From a virus, in IMG/VR virus record IMGVR_UViG_3300048588_000136, positions 1 through 64,000 of that record: a DNA stretch of 64,000 nt; one strand, 5' to 3'. Within the stretch, counting starts at the first letter, position 1, and every line of letters starts with the position of its first letter. Positions 56,942-64,000 of this stretch are shown here, piece by piece. The position numbers and the translations under genes are program-made. The notes beneath the pieces are model-generated. The model was not told the origin of the DNA. It did not search any database and worked only from the letters and a program-made list of their open reading frames with translations.

Positions 56942-57635
56942 ATCTATAGTTATTACGGCACTATTTACTATCAGCACCTACCTGCCTATCATCGCCAATG
57001 GCGAACAGCCCATCGTCGGCACTTTGCCCGCAACGGTACCGCCAGCCGTGGACATCGCTTTTGTGGGCAACAGTCTCACAGCCGCCGGCCCGATCTATAG
57101 TTGGGCCGGGCAATGGGGTATGGCGGCAAGCCAGCCCGATAAAGATTACGTGCATCGTGTTCAGTTACGCCTAGCAGCGTACACAGGCGTAATACCAGAG
57201 ATTGCCGTCTATTCTGCCGACCTCCACAAGCCAGAAAACATTGTGCAAGCGGCGCAAAAGGTAGCGACCGCGCGACCACGTATCCTAGTAGTGCAGATGG
57301 GCGATAACGCCGATCCGAACAGTGACTATCAATCATTTCGTGACGCCTACACGCTACTACGCAATGCAGCGCCGGCGGCAAAGCTTATCTATGTCGGCGT
57401 GTGGCAGTATGACGACGTGCGTAACCAGCACATCAGACGGATAGCGCAAGAGGACAACGCCACTTACGTACATATCAATGATCTCTACCTGGACCCGTCC
57501 AACCAAGCCACGGCGCAGGGTTGCACTGACACACACGGCGTATGCTGGCACCCGTCAGATGCCGGCATGGCGTTGATTGCTGGGCGCGTCTATTCGGCAA
57601 TATTAGGGCCGGTACGAAACGACTATGGACAATGA
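56934..57635 (+). CDS. SGNH/GDSL hydrolase, exported
   Basis: FVGNSLT, QMGDN, WHPSDAGM..IA; hydrophobic N-terminus with YLPII. Confidence 0.85.
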   Translation: MFRSIVITALFTISTYLPIIANGEQPIVGTLPATVPPAVDIAFVGNSLTAAGPIYSWAGQWGMAASQPDKDYVHRVQLRLAAYTGVIPEIAVYSADLHKPENIVQAAQKVATARPRILVVQMGDNADPNSDYQSFRDAYTLLRNAAPAAKLIYVGVWQYDDVRNQHIRRIAQEDNATYVHINDLYLDPSNQATAQGCTDTHGVCWHPSDAGMALIAGRVYSAILGPVRNDYGQ

Positions 57636-57756
57636 CAAAACACCGCGAGAGTTGATCATGCAAGCGCCTGTGGTGCCAACTTCGTAATTGGCGTGTAAGT
57701 GTGGTAAAATATCGATAGGTATGAATAAGTTCAGAATAAAGCGAGGAACAAACAGT

Positions 57757-57960
57757 ATGACGATTTCAGATTTACGCAAGAAGTACAATGACGATTTGCG
57801 CGCTATGAAGGATCGCAAAGAACAAATTGAAGCCGAGTTAGAGAGCATCGGCACCAACATTGAACGCCTGGCCGGTGCCATTTTCGCATTGAATCAGGTT
57901 GAGCAGGAGCAGCAGAAAGCTACAGCGGCCACACCGGCGGCGCCCGTTGCCGAGTCATAG
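57757..57960 (+). CDS. small coiled-coil protein
   Basis: RBS GAGGA; IERLAGAI. Confidence 0.65.
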   Translation: MTISDLRKKYNDDLRAMKDRKEQIEAELESIGTNIERLAGAIFALNQVEQEQQKATAATPAAPVAES

Positions 57961-57966
57961 CGCAAA

Positions 57967-58758
57967 ATGACCACCATCGCCCTAGCCCCTGGCCCAACCT
58001 ACCCCGGCGCCCGCGGCAATGTGTGGTTGCCCATTGTGGCCGTTGCGCCGATTGACACTGTGGCTGTGTTCTACGACCTGCTACTGCACGATACACGACA
58101 GCAACGGCCACGGCTGGAGGTGTGCAAGGCGTTGGAGGTGGCAGCGGCATGGAAGGCGGCGGACATTGCAGCCTATGACTATTGGGATCATCGGGCACAT
58201 AATGGCGAGTATGCCAACGAAACAGCACGGCGATTCTGTGCAAGTCTATCACCTGATTATGGCCCTGGGTGGAACGGTTGTGAAAGCCTAGTAGCCGGCA
58301 GTGTTGACGCAGCGATTATGTTCAACGCCCTGGCCGAATCACCATCGCATCGAATTCATCTATTCGGCATGAATGACTTTTACCGCCGACAGGCACACGT
58401 CGGAATTGCGTGTGCTGTCGGCGGTCGATGGGGCTGGGTGTGGGCGGTGTATATTGCGGAGTGTATTCTAATGTCAATCATTCATTGCACTCCTTGTTTA
58501 ATCTGCCCACTCATCCGCCTTCGCAACGTCCGTTTCCCCGCGTTGACGGTCATGTACACACCCTTCACCGTCATGCCTAGTGCCTTGCCCGCTACCGGCG
58601 GCTTGACGCCTTCGATGCACACCAGCCACACGGCATCGCGCTGCAATTCCGATAGTTCGCTGATGGCGGCGTACAGGCAACGCGTGTCGTCCTGGCGCAA
58701 CACGGTATCTGCAGGATCGTCGCCGCCAGGTAGCCACCACATGGCGTCAATGTCATAG
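57967..58758 (+). CDS. CAP (SCP-like) domain protein
   Basis: AA.WKA.D.A..DYWDH, ESLVAG, SPSHR.HL, VGIA; the C-terminal ~95 aa overlap the sigma gene. Confidence 0.75.
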   Translation: MTTIALAPGPTYPGARGNVWLPIVAVAPIDTVAVFYDLLLHDTRQQRPRLEVCKALEVAAAWKAADIAAYDYWDHRAHNGEYANETARRFCASLSPDYGPGWNGCESLVAGSVDAAIMFNALAESPSHRIHLFGMNDFYRRQAHVGIACAVGGRWGWVWAVYIAECILMSIIHCTPCLICPLIRLRNVRFPALTVMYTPFTVMPSALPATGGLTPSMHTSHTASRCNSDSSLMAAYRQRVSSWRNTVSAGSSPPGSHHMASMS

Positions 58759-59033
58759 TGTTGCCGGCGCCATGTTGGACTACGCCGGATGTCGCGGCTG
58801 GTATTGGTGGCGATGGTGGCTACCCAGTTAGTCACACTGTCTGATTGATAGCGGTGCAGGTTGCGCCAGATTTTGATTAGCGACTCCTGTACTGCATCGT
58901 CAATATAGTCGCTGTGTTCGCCAAGTACTCGTCCACACATGGCACGAACGAGCGGTGATGCTGCGGACAGAAACTCATTAATGGCTGCCGGGTCGCCGGA
59001 CTGAGCGGCGGTGATGTGGGATTCAGTTAGCAA
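58482..59033 (-). CDS. ECF-type RNA polymerase sigma factor
   Basis: AQSGD..A, DDAVQE..IKIWRNL..Y, W...IATN...D..R, L..LQRDAV.L..GKRTLR. Confidence 0.9.
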   Translation of the reverse strand: MLTESHITAAQSGDPAAINEFLSAASPLVRAMCGRVLGEHSDYIDDAVQESLIKIWRNLHRYQSDSVTNWVATIATNTSRDIRRSPTWRRQHYDIDAMWWLPGGDDPADTVLRQDDTRCLYAAISELSELQRDAVWLVCIEGVKPPVAGKALGMTVKGVYMTVNAGKRTLRRRMSGQIKQGVQ

Positions 59034-59350
59034 GTATCATCCCCTGCTATATAGCACAGTGCGCCTGGATCTGGCGGTACGTCCACCGTCCATCGTCTGT
59101 AGTTTCTCAATCAGTTCTTTGACTGTCATATCGCATTCCTTTCATGGTGGCAACCGCGCCGCCTTTCTAATTCCGCTATACGGGCGCGTGCCTTACGTAG
59201 TTCGTCTGCCGTCTCCAGGTACAAAATAGTGATATTTTCCAACTCTTCGACCAGCCTGTCTGTATCGTGCCTATACTGTGGATAGCTAACGGGTTCCATC
59301 ATCCTGCATCACCTTTCCTACAACCACGGCGGCACCCATCACGCCACCGG

Positions 59351-59533
59351 TCAGGCATACCACTTGCCTACTTTGTTCCACTCATCAACCACGGCGCTGA
59401 ATCCAAGTTTATTCAGCAATTCACACAGGATGTCATCAGCTTCGCTGTGTGCTGATTCATAGTCCATGTTTTCCACTTGCACTTTCAGCTTTTCGATAGC
59501 TTCTGCCATCAACTGCTGTTCTTTCTTCGTCAT
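59351..59533 (-). CDS. hypothetical phage protein
   Basis: D.E.AH.EAD.ILC.LL..LG...VV..W..V.KWYA conserved pattern. Confidence 0.7.
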   Translation of the reverse strand: MTKKEQQLMAEAIEKLKVQVENMDYESAHSEADDILCELLNKLGFSAVVDEWNKVGKWYA

Positions 59534-59543
59534 ACATCTACTC

Positions 59544-59903
59544 CTAGATTTTAGTCCAATCAACACGTTCAGAGTAATAACCGTTCGATGTACCGTACCA
59601 TCGAATATCAACATACCCCTTGATGGTGGCGAGCTTGTAAAATGTCCATGTAAGCGAATCATCATATTCGCCAAGCTTTTCGCCACCGTCGTTGCTTGCT
59701 TCATCGGCCATCAGGATGGGCGTGCCAACCAAGTCGCCCAGATCGCCAACGATGGACTCAATGTAGACATTTTCGCAGCATTCCTGTGAATGATAGAGCT
59801 TGTATTTTTCGCCATTTTCTAGCGTGAAAATCAATTTCTCATCACGAACCTGCTCGACACCGGAAAGCGTTTTGCCTTTTAGGTCTTCAAATTTTTCCAG
59901 CAC
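59544..59903 (-). CDS. conserved phage protein
   Basis: [29 protein letters not shown]. Confidence 0.8.
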   Translation of the reverse strand: MLEKFEDLKGKTLSGVEQVRDEKLIFTLENGEKYKLYHSQECCENVYIESIVGDLGDLVGTPILMADEASNDGGEKLGEYDDSLTWTFYKLATIKGYVDIRWYGTSNGYYSERVDWTKI

Positions 59904-59904
59904 C

Positions 59905-60393
59905 TTACATCACCTTTCCCGATAAAATTGCGCCACCCACGACGGCGGTAGCCACCAACGCCTTGCCTGCAAACGCCAGCACTAAGGGCATCACGACGAT
60001 TGCGCCAAGAAAACACGCCACTACTACGGCGGCGAAGCAAAGACCTTTCGCAGCCAGGGTAATGCCCGCACGATGTACCCACAGTGCCACCAGCGCCCGC
60101 CACAGCACGGGCACGACTACCGGCATCAGGCGACACAGCGCAACGAGCACAGCCGCACGCACTAACATGGCCAGGGCGAACAATGCGGCGTGGATGATGG
60201 CGGCGGCTACAATGGACACAGCGTGGGCGATGATGGCGAGAGCGGCGGTGATGGCGCCGATGATCAGCGGCGTGATGGTGGTGACGGCGTAGTAGGTCAA
60301 CACGAACACGATTACGATGATGGCGGTCAACAGCGTTGTCTTAATGATAGCACGGACGGCTGTTGTGTCGAGACTATTCACGATTGCATACAT
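59905..60393 (-). CDS. polytopic membrane protein
   Basis: RBS AAAGGTG; almost entirely hydrophobic. Confidence 0.6.
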   Translation of the reverse strand: MYAIVNSLDTTAVRAIIKTTLLTAIIVIVFVLTYYAVTTITPLIIGAITAALAIIAHAVSIVAAAIIHAALFALAMLVRAAVLVALCRLMPVVVPVLWRALVALWVHRAGITLAAKGLCFAAVVVACFLGAIVVMPLVLAFAGKALVATAVVGGAILSGKVM

Positions 60394-60453
60394 TTTACAC
60401 CTTTTCTTTCGGTTGGTGCCACCTCCTTTTCTGCGATGTTTGCTGCTCAGTGG

Positions 60454-60648
60454 CTATTGTTTTGGTCGGTAAATTTTTACTTCTTCAAATCCGATAGCGT
60501 TTAGAATTTTCTTACTTGGGTCACGCCGCCCCAACAAAATATCGTTGAGATAGGGCGTCGATATTTTAAGCCGTGCTGCCAACTCCTTTTGACTACCGGC
60601 TTCGTTCACGAGTTGTTGTAAATACTCAACAAATTCAGCTTTGCTCAT
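60454..60648 (-). CDS. Cro/XRE-like HTH regulator
   Basis: GSQKELAARLKISTPYLNDILLGRRDPS. Confidence 0.85.
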   Translation of the reverse strand: MSKAEFVEYLQQLVNEAGSQKELAARLKISTPYLNDILLGRRDPSKKILNAIGFEEVKIYRPKQ

Positions 60649-60795
60649 CCTTGATAACTCCGATCCATAGTCCTAGAACAATTACCCCAAATGCTGTCGG
60701 CGCAACCTCTACGCCGATAATCGCAATGTTTGGTCTGTACCAACCAAGTCCATGATAGAACTTGGTTGGCCGGTAGCCGATGTAGGCGATGGGGG

Positions 60796-61077
60796 TCACA
60801 AGATTTCACGCTCCAGCAATGTGGCCAGTGTTGCGATGATGCTGCGGTCCACAACCTTGCCGGCGATTTTCTCGGCTTCAATGACCGAAAGAATACGGCG
60901 TACCGATTCATCGACCACGCCTTCGACTGTAACAGTTTTGCCGTTGAACAGAATTTCGCCTTCCGGCAAAACAGCAAAGTGCGGTGAAGCTGCCAAGAAT
61001 CTAGGATCGCTATCTGACTCAGCGTATGGGTAAACATCCGCAACTACATGACTATTCTCGAAATGTCTGATATACAT
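60796..61077 (-). CDS. hypothetical protein
   Basis: RBS GAAAGGG. Confidence 0.55.
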   Translation of the reverse strand: MYIRHFENSHVVADVYPYAESDSDPRFLAASPHFAVLPEGEILFNGKTVTVEGVVDESVRRILSVIEAEKIAGKVVDRSIIATLATLLEREIL

Positions 61078-61165
61078 GATTGCCCTTTCTCTGCTACCTT
61101 GTCCGGCACTTGGGACATCCGGCAATGGTCGGTTTAGTGGCGCCGGGGCTACCGGCTGCGGTGTA

Positions 61166-61363
61166 CTAGGCGAAAATCTCTGACGGATCAATTCCTTGCG
61201 CTAAGAAGATGGCGTTTTCCTCAGCCTGCCGTAGTTCTTCTACTCGTTGGCGACGGGCTAGTTCCCGCTGCATATCTCGTTGCGTCGCCGTTTCGGTTTC
61301 CAACAGCAGGGCGAAGCACCCGTCCTGTTCACGTTTACGCTGCACTAGTTGTCGTCTGTTCAT
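61166..61363 (-). CDS. hypothetical protein
   Basis: RBS AGGAG. Confidence 0.6.
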   Translation of the reverse strand: MNRRQLVQRKREQDGCFALLLETETATQRDMQRELARRQRVEELRQAEENAIFLAQGIDPSEIFA

Positions 61364-61436
61364 GATTGTCTCCTATTATCGCTGGTTAATCGCCTTGATT
61401 CTGCATCCGCCACCGGGATTATCACCGGCTATCTGC

Positions 61437-61469
61437 ATTAAGGCGGGGCAGCAATGCCCCGCCTTAATT
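61437..61469. terminator. palindromic hairpin
   Basis: ATTAAGGCGGGGCA-GCAA-TGCCCCGCCTTAAT. Confidence 0.65.
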
Positions 61470-61740
61470 AAAATTCGATGGCGATTGTCATCACTTTGTA
61501 GTCAGCGACGTTATGTCCGTTCGCCACACACCAATCGGCCAACTTGCGGTCGGCGGCTGGGAATTTGTACGCCTTGCTGCTAGTCTTCAGTGTGAAGCTA
61601 TCGACATGCTTGCCGATGAGTGTGCCGCTCACTTCTTTCGGGAAGATACCAAAAGTGCGGGTCGCCTTGATTGCCTTATCGCTAAATGGGCCATATTCAC
61701 CAAGTTCGCCGACCGTGTTAGCTAAGTTACCTTTAAACAT
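61468..61740 (-). CDS. hypothetical protein
   Basis: RBS AAGGAG, first gene after promoter. Confidence 0.6.
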   Translation of the reverse strand: MFKGNLANTVGELGEYGPFSDKAIKATRTFGIFPKEVSGTLIGKHVDSFTLKTSSKAYKFPAADRKLADWCVANGHNVADYKVMTIAIEF

Positions 61741-61787
61741 TTTCTGTCTCCTTATTCCTGTTGCCGTTTGTTCTTGCCTATGTATCC

Positions 61788-61834
61788 ATTGTACCACCGA
61801 TTCGCTAATTTGTCAATACGCAAATTCGCTAATT
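61788..61834 (-). promoter_or_regulatory. leftward sigma70 promoter with duplicated operator
   Basis: TTGACA-17-TACAAT; ATTCGCTAATT at 61800 and 61824. Confidence 0.8.
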
Positions 61835-61932
61835 ATCGTACGATCACCCTGCGCAATTCATACGATTTACTGCATTTTTGCGTATATTTTCAACTTTTTC
61901 TACTGTCCGCTTTCCTGCCCGCCATCGCCAAC

Positions 61933-61963
61933 AAAAAACGCCCCAACCATGACGGCGGGGCGC
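61933..61963 (-). terminator. terminator after dnaN
   Basis: minus strand CGCCCCG..TGGGGCG + T6. Confidence 0.65.
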
Positions 61964-61977
61964 TCTGTGTGTGTGCC

Positions 61978-63144
61978 TTACTTCGGCGGATGTAGCGGCA
62001 TCACACAATGAATGTATCCATCAGCGCCGACCAGCCTAAACAGCCCCGGTCGAGTCGGCGTGGTCGTCTCCATGACAACCTGAGGCGTGTCCACTTGCGA
62101 TAGGTAGTCAATTAAGTACTTGGCATTGTACAGAATTTCAACCGGCGGGCCATCAGCGGCGCATTCAATATCGCTAGCGTTGTCGCCCATTTCGGCACCG
62201 GTGGCGGCAAGGTGCAATTTTTGTTCAGTCGGATCGACGCTGAACGCTACGATGTTGGCGTTGTCACGCGCGAACAGCAGCGCTACGCGGACGGCCTTAA
62301 GCAATGCTGCTGTATCCACCGTGGTGCGGGTGTTGTAGCTTTTTGGCACCGTCGCCATGTAATCGGGAAACCGAGCATCAATCAACTCGCTGACCAGTTC
62401 CACACGACTGATGATACCGTTGCCGGTTAGCACGAACATCACCTGATTACGTTGCGGCGTAATCAGGCATTGCACTGGCTCACCAGCAGCAGCATCGGCG
62501 CTGATACGTGCCAACTCGCCAAGCGATTTTGCCGGCACAATGACGGTAGTCTTCTCCGGGCCGCCTTCAATCGGTATCGTCCGCACACTGAGCCGATACC
62601 CGTCTGTGGCCGCCATCTTTACGCAGTCAGGTGATAGCGTGACTTCCACACCGGTTAATGTCGGACGGTTCTCATCGGCGCTTGCTGCGAATGTCGTCTG
62701 GTCAATCATCTTGCGCATCTGGGTAACCGGCAACATCGCCTGCGTGATGGTGTCGCCGGACGTCTCGATTATCTGTTCTGCTGGCACAATCAGCGGAAAC
62801 TCAAACGCATCAATCCCCTTCATGTTCGCTTCAAAGCGTGCGCAACTGAGGTGCAGCGTCTGTGTGCGCACTGTCAGTTCCATGTCGATACGATCCGGTG
62901 GCAGGCTGTTGACGAACTCGGACAGCAGGCGGGCCGACACTGTAATCGCCCCTCCATCTTCCACCTTGGCGCCAATCCAACAGTTGATGGCGATCTCGCG
63001 ATTGGTGGCCGCCAAACGTAACTGGTTGCCCTTAGCCTCTAGCAGAATGTTGCTCAGCACGGGCATTGTCGAGCGACTGGACACGGCGCGCACGGTGATT
63101 GACAGCGCTTTGGCTAACGTTTGCTGTGTGGTTGATACTCGCAT
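61978..63144 (-). CDS. dnaN: DNA polymerase III beta sliding clamp
   Basis: RAVSSRSTMPVLSNILL, ATDGYRLS, FPDY..VP, NAKYL.D, VMPL. Confidence 0.96.
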   Translation of the reverse strand: MRVSTTQQTLAKALSITVRAVSSRSTMPVLSNILLEAKGNQLRLAATNREIAINCWIGAKVEDGGAITVSARLLSEFVNSLPPDRIDMELTVRTQTLHLSCARFEANMKGIDAFEFPLIVPAEQIIETSGDTITQAMLPVTQMRKMIDQTTFAASADENRPTLTGVEVTLSPDCVKMAATDGYRLSVRTIPIEGGPEKTTVIVPAKSLGELARISADAAAGEPVQCLITPQRNQVMFVLTGNGIISRVELVSELIDARFPDYMATVPKSYNTRTTVDTAALLKAVRVALLFARDNANIVAFSVDPTEQKLHLAATGAEMGDNASDIECAADGPPVEILYNAKYLIDYLSQVDTPQVVMETTTPTRPGLFRLVGADGYIHCVMPLHPPK

Positions 63145-63449
63145 AAATTCCTTTCATTGTGGTGGCCGTGCAGTGGCTTTTCTGTTTCTGTCCCCCACCC
63201 GCCCGGCGGCTTTGTCATCGGCTGACCGTCCTGCACATGTTCCACTAGCCACGACCATAGGACGCCGGTAGCTAGGTTGGCAACTATAGTCATTTCATCA
63301 GGTCGTAGAGCGATGCAGTACTCCACCTCGCCTGGGCGCTCGAAGCGAATATACATGGTGTCAACAGGATGCTCTTCTACGAAGCCAGCAGAGAATACTG
63401 CTCCATTACCAGCGTACTCCTGACGTAGTAACTCAAACAGCTTTGCCAT
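63114..63449 (-). CDS. hypothetical protein
   Basis: RBS AAAGG, overlaps neighbours. Confidence 0.55.
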   Translation of the reverse strand: MAKLFELLRQEYAGNGAVFSAGFVEEHPVDTMYIRFERPGEVEYCIALRPDEMTIVANLATGVLWSWLVEHVQDGQPMTKPPGGWGTETEKPLHGHHNERNLCEYQPHSKR

Positions 63450-63861
63450 TTTGGGCCTTTCCTGCTGTTTCAGCGCGGTCGCAAGCTTCTTGCCAAAGCT
63501 TGAGAAAGTCGGCGTACTCCATGCGCTTCTTGAGCATGTTGACAAACTGAAAGTACGGACTAGCGGCCATATCCATACGTTCCCGATGCAACCTGTCCGT
63601 CTTCTCTCGGTTGCGGCGCTTTCTCTCGCTCTCCAGGGCAACGACGGCTGTGCGGCGGGCTTTCAGTGCAACCTCGGCCTTGCGCAGCCAACCACTGTTT
63701 TTTATGCCAGAATCACGGTAGGTGTCGTACTCTAGCCTAATTTTGTCGTCAATCTCCCTCTCTTCATTGCATAGCACCGTGATCCAGTGCTGCAACTTTT
63801 CGTCGTCCAGTTCTGAAACATCTACTACTAATTCCTGGCTAATGCGTGCTTTGACGCCCAT
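63433..63861 (-). CDS. hypothetical helical protein
   Basis: RBS GAGGAG; WLRKA..AL..R motif. Confidence 0.65.
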   Translation of the reverse strand: MGVKARISQELVVDVSELDDEKLQHWITVLCNEEREIDDKIRLEYDTYRDSGIKNSGWLRKAEVALKARRTAVVALESERKRRNREKTDRLHRERMDMAASPYFQFVNMLKKRMEYADFLKLWQEACDRAETAGKAQNGKAV

Positions 63862-64000
63862 TGTCACTCCTCATTCCTCACTTTATCATTTTAGTGATTC
63901 TAATTAATGCCGGATTAGAACCTTCCGGTTTTTTCGGCTGCTTCTTTGCCCGCACTGGCTGCAATCGGCACTCGGCCAGTGCGTCGTTCCAAGTGTCAAA

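Noticed and set aside
1-64000. Integrase/att sites, stop-codon reassignment, IS elements
   Set aside because: No recombinase or transposase ORF was seen. Core genes are intact under the standard code. Lifestyle cannot be determined from this window.

Overview
The whole window is a segment of a large tailed (siphovirus-like) dsDNA phage or prophage. The host is most plausibly a Chloroflexota bacterium (Caldilineae/Anaerolineae-like). That host call is an inference from the DnaN sequence, the YLPII/WLPIV motifs in secreted proteins and a Chloroflexi-type envelope domain. Left to right: two DNA methyltransferases, the first with an HNH endonuclease gene nested in another frame (1-3.2 kb); small accessory genes and a phased-repeat non-coding locus (3.2-7.4 kb); a self-contained FtsK/TraB-like DNA translocase module with many small membrane proteins and short-repeat DNA (7.5-13.8 kb); leftward self-regulated cassettes (13.9-16 kb); a lysis-like region with Lar proteins, an SH3 protein, a CHAT protease-membrane fusion and a metallophosphoesterase (16.2-20 kb); a tRNA-like RNA and an accessory fibre module (20.1-24 kb); a ParB/MTase-like/radical-SAM cluster, terminase, portal and head genes, including a 2H-phosphoesterase-protease-scaffold fusion preceded by a second tRNA-like RNA (25-37 kb); tail genes with a -1 frameshift chaperone, tape measure and a 2266-aa tail fibre (37-57 kb); SGNH and CAP proteins; and a leftward early/replication arm with ECF sigma, HTH and dnaN (58-64 kb). 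No integrase, CRISPR array, rRNA, canonical tRNA or reverse transcriptase was seen. The most novel candidates are (i) a Streptomyces-TraB/Spd-like DNA transfer module inside a virion-forming phage, (ii) a pair of anticodon-less tRNA-like RNAs heading late operons, and (iii) a frame-preserving nested homing endonuclease. All family assignments are by eye, with no database searches run.
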